A stretch of 48,080 nucleotides of DNA from Flavitalea sp. (GTDB lineage Bacteria > Bacteroidota > Bacteroidia > Chitinophagales > Chitinophagaceae). Positions 9,829-17,827 of this stretch are shown here, in pieces (positions within the stretch are counted from its first letter, which is position 1; every line of letters begins with the position of its first letter). The notes beneath the pieces are model-generated. The model did not search any database and was not told the origin of the DNA. It saw only the letters and a program-made list of their open reading frames with translations. Location of the stretch: the NCBI GenBank assembly GCA_035526135.1, contig DATLDA010000057.1:1-48080 (forward strand), read 5' to 3'. The position numbers and the translations under genes were made by a program.

Positions 9829-9844
9829 TTTAGATTCGCCTAAA
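9829..9844. promoter_or_regulatory. Candidate DtxR/MntR-type operator TTTAG-N6-CTAAA
   Basis: TTAGATTCGCCTAAATTTT matches 13 of 19 positions of the DtxR consensus TTAGGTTAGCCTAACCTAA as I remember it. It lies about 55 nt upstream of the regulator gene. Caveat: it also resembles the ATTTTAG heptad word family seen at 3404-3438. Confidence 0.3.
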
Positions 9845-9898
9845 TTTTATTTTAGATATCCATAATTGTAAGATCTCGTTATTTTTATACCTGTTTTC

Positions 9899-10561
9899 AT
9901 GAAATATTCTTCCAGCAGGGAAAACTATATCAAAGCGATCTTCCACCTTCAGCAGGCGGATGGAATAGTCACCACGAACGACCTGGCGCGGGTTCTCGAA
10001 ACAAAACCTGCTTCTGTCACGGATATGCTCAAAAAGCTGAAAGCCCAGAAATTATTATTGTATGAGAAATACCAGGGATTTAAACTGAGCACTGATGGCC
10101 GCAGAGTCGCATTGCAGGTTGTCAGGAAACACAGATTATGGGAATTTTTTCTTGTTGAGAAGTTGCATTTTGGCTGGGAAGAAGTACATGAGATCGCAGA
10201 GGAACTGGAACACGTCAGCAGCCGCAAACTGATCGATCGTTTGGATGAATTCCTCGGCTATCCAAAGGCAGACCCTCATGGTGATCCTATCCCTGATACA
10301 CATGGCAAATTTGCTACAAAACAATTTCTGCCACTTGCCGAACTACCGGCCAATACTCCCGCATTAGTAAGCAATATCGGCGATCAGTCTGTTGAAATGC
10401 TCGAACTCCTGAAACATAAACACATTTCGATCGGTACTAGACTGGAAGTACGAAAAAAATTCAGCTTTGACCGTTCCATTGAATTGAAAATAAAAAATCA
10501 AACGACGATAACGGTCAGTGAAGAAGTTGCAAAAAATGTATTTGTACAATATGATGAATAA
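9899..10561 (+). CDS. mntR: DtxR/MntR family metal-dependent transcriptional regulator with C-terminal FeoA/SH3-like domain
   Basis: N-terminal wHTH (ENYIKAIFHLQ...VTTNDLARVLETKPASVTDMLKKL) and a metal-binding/dimerisation block (HRLWEFFLVEKLHFGWEEVHEIAEELEHV...DPHGDPIP). It is directly coupled to an Nramp gene. Confidence 0.85.
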   Translation: MKYSSSRENYIKAIFHLQQADGIVTTNDLARVLETKPASVTDMLKKLKAQKLLLYEKYQGFKLSTDGRRVALQVVRKHRLWEFFLVEKLHFGWEEVHEIAEELEHVSSRKLIDRLDEFLGYPKADPHGDPIPDTHGKFATKQFLPLAELPANTPALVSNIGDQSVEMLELLKHKHISIGTRLEVRKKFSFDRSIELKIKNQTTITVSEEVAKNVFVQYDE

Positions 10562-12431
10562 AAACCAACAGGACACATCGCTAAGTGAAGTCCATGAAAC
10601 GGTGGACATCGATGCAAAGCCACTGGGGATAAGAAAAATACTTGCATTTTTCGGTCCGGCCTACCTAGTCAGTGTAGGTTATATGGATCCGGGAAACTGG
10701 GCTACTGACCTTGCGGGCGGAAGTAAATTCGGGTATACGCTGATCTGGGTGCTCCTCATGAGTAATATCATGGCTTTGCTATTACAAAGTCTTTCCGCGC
10801 GACTGGGTATTGTCAGGCGACGGGACCTTGCACAGGCTAACAGGGAAACCTATCCGAGATTCGTAAACTTTTTATTGTATATCCTGGCAGAAGTTGCTAT
10901 TGCCGCATGCGATCTGGCTGAAGTTCTCGGGATGGCCATTGGAATTCATTTGCTGACCGGCCTTCCGCTTATATGGGGTGTATCGATTACTGTGCTCGAT
11001 ACTTTCCTGCTTCTCTACCTGCAAAAACTGGGAATGCGGAAAATGGAAGCTTTCATCATAGCGTTGGTGGCAATCGTTGCGATCTGTTTTCTGATTGAAA
11101 TTATTATGGTAAAGCCTGCAGCCGGTGATGTGGCGCGAGGCCTTATTCCCTATTTTGAAAATGAAGAAGCGCTGTATATCGCCATCGGGATCATCGGAGC
11201 TACCGTGATGCCGCACAATCTTTACCTGCATTCAGCGCTGGTGCAAACCCGAAAAATACATCCCACAAAAACCGGGATCCGGCAAGCCTTGAAATGGAAT
11301 TTTATAGATTCAACCATTGCACTCAATATTGCGTTCCTGGTGAATGCGTCCATCCTGATTCTGGCAGCTACCGCGTTTTTTAAGAAAGGCCTGCCGGTAG
11401 TGGAAATTAAAGAAGCCCATACCCTTCTTGCTCCCTTATTAGGATCGGGGATTGCACCCGTATTGTTCGCAGTGGCACTCATTGCCGCCGGACAAAGTTC
11501 CACGATCACCGGAACGCTGGCAGGTCAGATCGTGATGGAGGGATATTTGAGCTTGCGCATCAACCCACTGATCCGCCGATTACTTACACGACTTCTGGCG
11601 ATTGTACCTGCTGTATTCGTGATCTATATTTTTGGTGAACAGGAAGTTGATAAATTACTTGTCTTCAGCCAGGTTATCCTCAGCATGCAATTGGGCTTCG
11701 CAATCATTCCACTTATCCATTTTGTAAGCGACAAAAATACCATGGGCACTTTTGCCATCAAACCTGTGGTTCAGTTTTTTTCGTGGCTCGTTGCTTCCGT
11801 ACTTGTATACCTGAATGTTCGTATGGTGGCCAACGAAGCCACTTCGTTCTTTCAAACTTCGGATAGTATTTTTTGGAAAGTTGTGATTGTTGCCGGCGGA
11901 ATAATTTTCGCCATCCTATTACTCTACACTGTTTTGTTTCCGTTGTTTTCGAAAAAAAGAAAACCGGTATCAATACAAATGCACCCCGATGTTGCAGGAC
12001 TGGAAAACCTTGCGATACCCGATTATAAGAAAATTGCCGTAGCGCTCGACTTCAGTGAAAACGATCAGAAGTTGCTTGGCTCTGCACTGGGACAAGGAAA
12101 CCAATCGACCGTTTTTCTTTTGATTCATGTGGTAGAAAGCCCTACAGCACGTCTTCATGGTTCGCAAAGTGATGACAATGAAACCAGGGCTGATGAAGAA
12201 AGATTATCGTATTACATCCGTCAACTGACAGAAAGAGGATTCAATGTAGAATCCAAACTCGGTTTTCGTAACCGTACGAAAGAAATTGTACGGATAGTAA
12301 AAGATGAAAAAGCGGATATGCTTGTGATTGGGGCGCATGGACATAGTGGGGTGAAGGACTGGCTTTATGGAGAGACGATAAACACCGTTCGACATGATTT
12401 AAAAATACCTGTGCTGGTGGTGAACCTCTGA
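10551..12431 (+). CDS. mntH: Nramp family divalent metal (Mn2+/Fe2+) transporter fused to a C-terminal universal stress protein (USP) domain
   Basis: Nramp motifs VGYMDPGNWATDL and MPHNLYLHS with about 11 TM segments. The last roughly 145 aa (YKKIAVALDFSEND...MLVIGAHGHSGVKDWLYGETINTVRHDLKIPVLVV) form a USP fold. The start is uncertain: GTG 10518, or ATG 10536, 10551 or 10554. The ATGs at 10551 and 10554 overlap the mntR stop. Confidence 0.85.
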   Translation: MMNKNQQDTSLSEVHETVDIDAKPLGIRKILAFFGPAYLVSVGYMDPGNWATDLAGGSKFGYTLIWVLLMSNIMALLLQSLSARLGIVRRRDLAQANRETYPRFVNFLLYILAEVAIAACDLAEVLGMAIGIHLLTGLPLIWGVSITVLDTFLLLYLQKLGMRKMEAFIIALVAIVAICFLIEIIMVKPAAGDVARGLIPYFENEEALYIAIGIIGATVMPHNLYLHSALVQTRKIHPTKTGIRQALKWNFIDSTIALNIAFLVNASILILAATAFFKKGLPVVEIKEAHTLLAPLLGSGIAPVLFAVALIAAGQSSTITGTLAGQIVMEGYLSLRINPLIRRLLTRLLAIVPAVFVIYIFGEQEVDKLLVFSQVILSMQLGFAIIPLIHFVSDKNTMGTFAIKPVVQFFSWLVASVLVYLNVRMVANEATSFFQTSDSIFWKVVIVAGGIIFAILLLYTVLFPLFSKKRKPVSIQMHPDVAGLENLAIPDYKKIAVALDFSENDQKLLGSALGQGNQSTVFLLIHVVESPTARLHGSQSDDNETRADEERLSYYIRQLTERGFNVESKLGFRNRTKEIVRIVKDEKADMLVIGAHGHSGVKDWLYGETINTVRHDLKIPVLVVNL

Positions 12432-12446
12432 GAAGATTTGATAGGA

Positions 12447-13025
12447 TTACTGGTGATGGTGCAACAGATGTTTAAGGCGACTAAAAGTTTCCGGCTGAAT
12501 CTGGAGGTAGGAAGCTAGAAATTTTTGTGGTACACGAATGAGAAATTCAGGATTTTCTTCGACAAATTTCAGGAAACGTTCCCGGGTTGTATAACGGATC
12601 TGGTCAAGATCACGTTGTTCGTTCTGCAGGTAAAGATCAGTAATGATCAGTCGGCCGAGGCGTTCCCATTTGGCGTCCTTGCGGTATAATTCTTCAATCT
12701 GTTCGAAAGTAAAGGAAAATAAAATGGTAGGTTCGATGGTTTCAATAATGTAACCTGAAGGAGATTCCGTAAGAAAAGAAACGGAGGAACTTACCAGTTC
12801 ACCTTCACGTGCAATCTGTGTAATGATTTCTTCCTCGCCGCGGATGATGTATTTTCTTACCAGTCCTTTGATAACCAGGTTCAGATGACTGTCAATATCA
12901 CCCACATCAACCAACCGGATCTTCTTATTGAAGCTGCGGCATTCACCCAGAGAGGCCAGCAGCAAATAGTCCTTTTCATCCAATACCGCAAACCTGCTGA
13001 GAAATTGTTTCAGCGCCTTAACCAT
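12447..13025 (-). CDS. Crp/Fnr family transcriptional regulator (cNMP-binding domain plus HTH)
   Basis: cNMP-binding-like core and a C-terminal HTH (ERFLKFVEENPEFLIRVPQKFLASYLQIQPETFSRL). The track ORF runs to 13184, but residues 1-53 ([14 protein letters not shown]) translate the heptamer array, so I trimmed to MVKALKQF. Confidence 0.75.
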   Translation of the reverse strand: MVKALKQFLSRFAVLDEKDYLLLASLGECRSFNKKIRLVDVGDIDSHLNLVIKGLVRKYIIRGEEEIITQIAREGELVSSSVSFLTESPSGYIIETIEPTILFSFTFEQIEELYRKDAKWERLGRLIITDLYLQNEQRDLDQIRYTTRERFLKFVEENPEFLIRVPQKFLASYLQIQPETFSRLKHLLHHHQ

Positions 13026-13067
13026 ACCTGCAATATAACTTATTAAGGCAATAGAAGCAAGGAAGGC

Positions 13068-13279
13068 GGGGTATGGGGTATGAGGTATGGGGTATGAGGT
13101 ATGAGGTATGAGGTATGAAAAAATAAATGTCAGTTTTTCTAATCCGTTACGAAATAAAAAAATTCGAACTGTCATAACATGCAACTAAGGAATATCTGAT
13201 AGCTGAAAGCTGATAGCCGATTGCCGATTGCTGATACCCCATCCCCCATACCTCATACCTCATACCCCATACCTCATAC
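13068..13279. repeat. Inverted pair of GGTATGR / YCTCATA-type heptad arrays, with a nested CTGATAG array, in a divergent spacer
   Basis: The left arm gggg tatgggg tatgagg tatgggg tatgagg x3 tatg is at 13068-13117 and the right arm at 13234-13279. By my reading, catacctcatacctcataccccatacctcata (32 nt) is perfectly complementary between the arms. The spacer also holds ctgatag ctgaaag ctgatag ccgattg ccgattg ctgatac (13196-13237). Confidence 0.85.
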
Positions 13280-13303
13280 ACTTCTCCACACCCACAAAAT
13301 CCC

Positions 13304-13311
13304 TACTTTTG
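13304..13311 (+). promoter_or_regulatory. Bacteroidota -7 promoter box TAnnTTTG (TACTTTTG)
   Basis: Exact motif 21 nt upstream of the icd ATG at 13333. Confidence 0.45.
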
Positions 13312-13332
13312 CTGCCCTTATATATTTTATTC

Positions 13333-14565
13333 ATGGCACAGAAAATAAAAGTCAAAAATCCCGTAGTAGAACTTGATGGTGATGAAATGACCAGGATCAT
13401 TTGGAAATTTATCAAGGATAAATTGATCCTGCCTTATCTCGATATAGATATTAAATATTATGATCTTGGGATTGAATACCGCGACCAGACATCGGACCAG
13501 GTAACGGTGGATGCGGCGAATGCTATCCGGCAATACGGTGTAGGCATTAAGTGCGCCACCATCACACCAGACGAGGTGCGTGTGAAAGAATTCAATCTGA
13601 AACAAATGTGGAAAAGCCCCAATGGAACCATACGGAATATTCTCGATGGAACCGTTTTCAGGGAACCGATCGTTATCAAAAATATTCCACGCCTGGTAAC
13701 CAATTGGACGGCTCCGATCATTGTAGGCAGACATGCATTCGGTGATCAGTACCGCGCGACTGATACGGTGATCAAAGGGAAAGGAAAACTCACGATGACT
13801 TTTACTCCTGAGGATGGTGGTCCTGTACAAACGTTTGAAGTTTTTAATTTTAAGGGAGACGGCGTGGCGTTAAGCATGTATAATACCGATGAAAGCATTC
13901 AGGGTTTCGCCAGGAGTTGTTTCAATATTGCATTGACAAAAAAATGGCCTTTATATCTTTCAACAAAAAATACCATCCTAAAGAAATATGATGGCAGGTT
14001 CAAAGATATTTTTGAAGATATCTACCAGAAAGAATTCAAAAAACAATTTGAAGCGGCCGGAATAGTTTACGAGCACCGTCTCATTGATGATATGGTGGCG
14101 AGTGCCCTGAAGTGGAATGGAAATTTTGTATGGGCCTGCAAAAATTATGACGGTGATGTGCAAAGTGATTCGGTAGCCCAGGGATTCGGATCATTGGGTC
14201 TGATGACTTCAGTATTGATAACTCCGGACGGTAATACAATGGAAGCAGAAGCAGCTCATGGAACCGTTACGCGCCATTTCAGAGATCACCAGGCAGGGAA
14301 GCCTACATCCACGAACCCAATTGCATCCATTTTTGCGTGGACGCGTGGTCTTGCATTCCGTGGAAAGCTGGATAATAACCAGGCTCTAATTGATTTTAGT
14401 CTTGCTCTGGAAAAAGTCTGTATTGAAACCGTAGAGAGCGGCAAAATGACTAAAGACCTTGCTGTATGTATCCACGGAAATAAAGTAAATCACGGCGCGC
14501 ATTATCTGTACACCGAGGAGTTTTTGGAAGCGATTGACTCGAATTTGAAACGGAAGGTCGGATAG
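13333..14565 (+). CDS. icd: NADP-dependent isocitrate dehydrogenase, eukaryote-like (type II homodimeric) class
   Basis: [24 protein letters not shown]...DIKYYDLG...[13 protein letters not shown]...RHAFGDQY...DGDVQSD is the IDH1/2-like family pattern. The track ORF start at 13228 translates the heptamer array, so I trimmed to 13333. Confidence 0.92.
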   Translation: MAQKIKVKNPVVELDGDEMTRIIWKFIKDKLILPYLDIDIKYYDLGIEYRDQTSDQVTVDAANAIRQYGVGIKCATITPDEVRVKEFNLKQMWKSPNGTIRNILDGTVFREPIVIKNIPRLVTNWTAPIIVGRHAFGDQYRATDTVIKGKGKLTMTFTPEDGGPVQTFEVFNFKGDGVALSMYNTDESIQGFARSCFNIALTKKWPLYLSTKNTILKKYDGRFKDIFEDIYQKEFKKQFEAAGIVYEHRLIDDMVASALKWNGNFVWACKNYDGDVQSDSVAQGFGSLGLMTSVLITPDGNTMEAEAAHGTVTRHFRDHQAGKPTSTNPIASIFAWTRGLAFRGKLDNNQALIDFSLALEKVCIETVESGKMTKDLAVCIHGNKVNHGAHYLYTEEFLEAIDSNLKRKVG

Positions 14566-14666
14566 AGAGCAATCGGCTATCAGCAGTCAGCTGTCCCAGT
14601 TTGATCAAATTCCAGAGCATAATAATTTAATCAGGTGGGACTGCTGACCGCTGATAGCTGATACCC
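14566..14666. repeat. Inverted pair of heptad arrays (atcggct atcagca gtcagct / ctgaccg ctgatag ctgatac) immediately 3' of icd
   Basis: ctatcagcagtcagctgtccc (left) versus the reverse complement of gggactgctgaccgctgatag (right) matches at 19 of 21 positions. The loop is about 40 nt. Confidence 0.8.
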
Positions 14667-14696
14667 GAATTATATGGTTTAGGCTGTCAGGTCCGC

Positions 14697-14726
14697 AAAA
14701 AAAAGCCATCCTGAGATCAGGACGGC
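14697..14726 (-). terminator. Intrinsic terminator for the small lipoprotein gene
   Basis: On the minus strand the sequence is gccgtcctga..tcaggatggc (about 9 bp including one G-U pair) followed by a run of 8 U. It lies 33 nt downstream of the stop at 14759. Confidence 0.6.
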
Positions 14727-14758
14727 CTCTAACGATTGCTTGCCATATAAAAAAAAGC

Positions 14759-14950
14759 TTACTTCCTAAGAGTAGTATCTGCTGCTCTTGCAGAATCTGC
14801 TGCTCTGCCTGTTGTATCAAGCGGAGTTACAGTAGATGAATCAACAGTAATGGGTGCTGCAGATGAATCTGCTTTTGTGCTATCGCCTGTTCCATCATCG
14901 TTGCAGGCAACGAATGCGCCGAGAGCCAGAATTAACAAGAACTTTTTCAT
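14759..14950 (-). CDS. Small Ser/Thr/Asp/Ala-rich lipoprotein (63 aa)
   Basis: MKKFLLILALGAFVAC has a signal peptide plus lipobox. The tail is low-complexity. A terminator hairpin follows immediately downstream. Confidence 0.55.
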   Translation of the reverse strand: MKKFLLILALGAFVACNDDGTGDSTKADSSAAPITVDSSTVTPLDTTGRAADSARAADTTLRK

Positions 14951-15124
14951 TGTACCGTGTTTTGTTTATTAATGAATGATTTGGTGTTTATACCGGAACC
15001 AGAAAAAGGTAACCCCGACGGATGAAACTATTTTTTTAGACCGATACCCGGTTCAAGGGCGACTGTTTCTCCCTCTGTTTGGGTTACTTCTGCTTATTTT
15101 GGGTATTAATTCAAGGATATTATT

Positions 15125-15691
15125 GTGAAAACCGATGTTCAGGAATTGGCTTTGCTGGAAGGTCTGGCGAAGAACGACAGGAAGGCAGTTGAAACCATTT
15201 ATGCACAGCAGTACAAAATGGTACAGTCCCTGATCCTTAATAATAACGGGTCATACGATGATGCGCGGGATATTTTTCAGGAAGCCATGATTGTTTTATA
15301 TGAAAATGCGCGTTCCGGTACGTTTGAACTCAATTGCAGATTAAAAACATACTTGTATTCTGTTTCGCGACGTTTATGGCTGAAGCGTTTGCAACAACGC
15401 CAACGATTTCAGGCTGAGATCAACGGATTGGAAGATACTATACCCGTAGAACAGGATCTTGAAACACATGAGCAGAAAACAGCGGCTTTCCTTATAATGG
15501 AAAAAGCAATGTTGGGTTTGGGTGAGCCGTGTCGCAGTTTATTGGAAGCATTTTATCTGCATAAAAAAAACATGACGGACATCGCAAATGGATTTGGATA
15601 TACCAATCCTGAGAATGCCAAAAACCAGAAATATAAATGTCTGATGAGATTGAAGAAATTGTTTTTTGCAGATTACAAAAATAGCAAGTGA
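15125..15691 (+). CDS. ECF-type RNA polymerase sigma-70 family factor
   Basis: Region 2 (DDARDIFQEAMIVLYENARSG...YLYSVSRRLWLKRL) and region 4 HTH (CRSLLEAFYLHKKNMTDIANGFGYTNPENAKNQKYKCLMRLKKL). GTG start. Confidence 0.85.
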   Translation: MKTDVQELALLEGLAKNDRKAVETIYAQQYKMVQSLILNNNGSYDDARDIFQEAMIVLYENARSGTFELNCRLKTYLYSVSRRLWLKRLQQRQRFQAEINGLEDTIPVEQDLETHEQKTAAFLIMEKAMLGLGEPCRSLLEAFYLHKKNMTDIANGFGYTNPENAKNQKYKCLMRLKKLFFADYKNSK

Positions 15692-16794
15692 TGGAAGACA
15701 TACAATTATTGGACGCAGTAGAACGCTACATCCGGAATGAAATGGAAGCAGAAGAAAAGATCCGTTTCGAACAATTGAGGAAAAGCACCCCCGAGATAGA
15801 TCAGTTGGTTGTGGAACATACCCTGTTTCTTCAACAAATGAACCAGTATGCCGACCAGAAGAATTTCAAATCTTCACTACAGGAAGTTCATCACGACCTG
15901 GTTGCTTCAGGAGTTGTAGCTCCTGAACATGCCAAACCTGTTGTAATACAACTTTGGAAAAGATACAAACGTGTTATGGCCGTTGCGGCCTCTATCGCCG
16001 GGGTTACCACCATGCTGATTGCTGGTATGGTTTCCTATTATTCGAGAAAAGCCAATACCGCTGAACTCGAAATGCTAAATCGCAAATTCGAGAATACCAA
16101 AAGGACAGTAGATGCACTGAAACAAAAAGTTGAAAATTCTACTCCTGTCATTGTTCCAAAAGCACCGATCAATGCACCCGTTATTTCCGGTGGTACCGGA
16201 TTTCTGATCGATGGCAAAGGATACCTTGTCACGAATGCACACGTTGTAAAAGGATCCACTTCTATTGTAGTTCAAAACAATAAAGGGCAGGAATTCCGTG
16301 CAAGGATCATTCATAATAATCCTGCAAATGATATTGCTTTCCTGAAAATCGAAGATGATGATTTTAAACCGGTAGGTTCACTCCCCTATGGTTTCCGAAA
16401 AACAGGAGCAGACCTGGGTGAAACATTATTCACGCTTGGATATCCCCGTGAGGAAATCGTATACAATGAAGGATATATGAGTGCAAAAACAGGCTTTAAT
16501 GGAGACACTATGACATGTCAGATCGGTGTGTCTGCGAATCCCGGAAATAGCGGCGGGCCTGTTTTTAACAAAAACGGAGAAGTGATTGGGATCATCAACA
16601 CAAGACATATCGCCTCACAGGGTGTTGTATTTGCTATTACAGCAAAAAATATTTACCGATCGCTCGACGAAATAAAACAAGATACTTCACTGTCTGCAAT
16701 CAAACTTTCCTCTTTCTCATCCGTCCGCAATTTCGATCGTGTACAACAGATCAAAAAAATTGAAGATTGTGTGTATATGGTGAAAAGCTATTGA
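15691..16794 (+). CDS. Single-pass membrane protein: N-terminal cytoplasmic helical domain, TM, coiled coil and trypsin-like (S1) serine protease domain; putative anti-sigma or signal-processing partner
   Basis: The ATG overlaps the sigma gene TGA (tgATG); the track start is GTG 15688. TM segment VMAVAASIAGVTTMLIAGMVSYY. The catalytic triad context is TNAHVV, NDIAFLK, GNSGGPV. I recognised no PDZ domain. Confidence 0.75.
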   Translation: MEDIQLLDAVERYIRNEMEAEEKIRFEQLRKSTPEIDQLVVEHTLFLQQMNQYADQKNFKSSLQEVHHDLVASGVVAPEHAKPVVIQLWKRYKRVMAVAASIAGVTTMLIAGMVSYYSRKANTAELEMLNRKFENTKRTVDALKQKVENSTPVIVPKAPINAPVISGGTGFLIDGKGYLVTNAHVVKGSTSIVVQNNKGQEFRARIIHNNPANDIAFLKIEDDDFKPVGSLPYGFRKTGADLGETLFTLGYPREEIVYNEGYMSAKTGFNGDTMTCQIGVSANPGNSGGPVFNKNGEVIGIINTRHIASQGVVFAITAKNIYRSLDEIKQDTSLSAIKLSSFSSVRNFDRVQQIKKIEDCVYMVKSY

Positions 16795-16795
16795 T

Positions 16796-16873
16796 AGTTC
16801 AGAGTTCAGAGTTCTTAGTTCTTAGTTCTCAGTGCCGGAATTGCCTAACTAAGAACCAGGAACTAAGAACTAA
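16796..16873. repeat. Inverted pair of AGTTCNN heptad arrays across a convergent spacer
   Basis: Left arm: agttcag x2, agttctt x2, agttctc (16796-16830). The right arm ctaactaagaaccaggaactaagaactaac contains a 12-nt perfect complement (gaactaagaact). It overlaps the last codons and stop of the minus-strand gene. Confidence 0.8.
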
Positions 16874-17780
16874 CTTGCGACTTCTCCCACAATTTCTCCG
16901 GGTATTCGCCTTTTTGTACCAATTCATTCAGTTCGCGCCTGACTTCGGGAGCATCTTCTTTATAGGTTACACCAAACCATTGTGCACTGGTCGGGATCAC
17001 TTTAATAGTTCCCGCATCGTCAGCAATAAACCGGTCGCCAACAATGGGAATAAAAAATTCTGCTTTCGGGTTTGCACGATTGTCTTCCAGAAAACTTTTA
17101 AACAATTGTTGCGAGTATTCGAATATGGAGGGTTCGAAACACCAGAAATTCATCGATACCTGCGCATTCAGTGGAAGCTCTTTGGGTTGCTGGTTATCAT
17201 CGCAAACAATCTTACCGTCTTTCTTTGCAATATTCAATCTCTCTTTAATCGCAGTAAGATCACCCTTCTTATCTACTTCACAAACGCCCCTGTTCACTGT
17301 TCCATTTTCAGATAAGGTTTTGAGCAGTTCATAGCCTATGATCGAGTACGTCTCCGGATTACATTCTTTTGTGAGAAAATTGAATGCTTTTTTGAATGCA
17401 TCTCTTCCGTAAAAATCATCTGCATTGATAACTGCAAAAGGTTCCCTCACTTTATCTTTAGCACAGAGCACGGCATGTGCCGTTCCCCACGGCTTCGTCC
17501 TTCCTTCCGGTACCTGGAATCCATTCAGAAATGAAGTCAGTTCCTGAAATACATAATCTATTTCAATTCGACCTTTGAGTTTCGGTTCGAATATCCTTCG
17601 GAAATTAGGGGCAAACTCTTCCCGGATAATAAAGACAACCTTACCAAATCCGGCGCGGATTGCATCGAAAATCGAATAATCCATAATCGTTTCACCCCCC
17701 GGGCCAAAAGATTCAACCTGTTTCATGCTTCCATAACGTGATGCCATACCAGCCGCCAGAATCAAAAGAGTTGGTTTCAT
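16863..17780 (-). CDS. Sugar-phosphate nucleotidyltransferase family protein
   Basis: The N-terminal LILAAGMASRYG loop is of the G-x-G-T/S-R type, with an NTP_transferase-like fold pattern. The substrate cannot be assigned. Confidence 0.7.
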   Translation of the reverse strand: MKPTLLILAAGMASRYGSMKQVESFGPGGETIMDYSIFDAIRAGFGKVVFIIREEFAPNFRRIFEPKLKGRIEIDYVFQELTSFLNGFQVPEGRTKPWGTAHAVLCAKDKVREPFAVINADDFYGRDAFKKAFNFLTKECNPETYSIIGYELLKTLSENGTVNRGVCEVDKKGDLTAIKERLNIAKKDGKIVCDDNQQPKELPLNAQVSMNFWCFEPSIFEYSQQLFKSFLEDNRANPKAEFFIPIVGDRFIADDAGTIKVIPTSAQWFGVTYKEDAPEVRRELNELVQKGEYPEKLWEKSQVSS

Positions 17781-17827
17781 TAATGTATTTTTAATCGCAC
17801 GAAATTAAAAAAATTACGTTCCCGGTT

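Noticed and set aside
13068-13279. Inverted-repeat pairs interpreted as MITEs or IS remnants
   Set aside because: There is no transposase anywhere in the window. The arms differ completely in sequence between loci, I saw no target-site duplications, and the arms are internally tandem-repetitive rather than unique TIRs. A mobile origin cannot be fully excluded without genome-wide comparison.
13026-13332. N-terminal extensions of track ORFs 12447-13184 and 13228-14565, with PHTPYP / [10 protein letters not shown]-like repeats that look like a proline/histidine-rich domain
   Set aside because: These residues are simply the heptamer arrays (GGTATGR and their complement) read in frame. Homology-like sequence begins at MVKALKQF (13025) and [10 protein letters not shown] (13333), and a -7 box precedes the icd start.
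14995-15020. GGAAC ... CGAC as a possible autoregulated ECF promoter upstream of the sigma gene
   Set aside because: Only a loose resemblance to generic ECF -35/-10 elements. The spacing is ambiguous and no group-specific consensus is known to me, so the evidence is insufficient.
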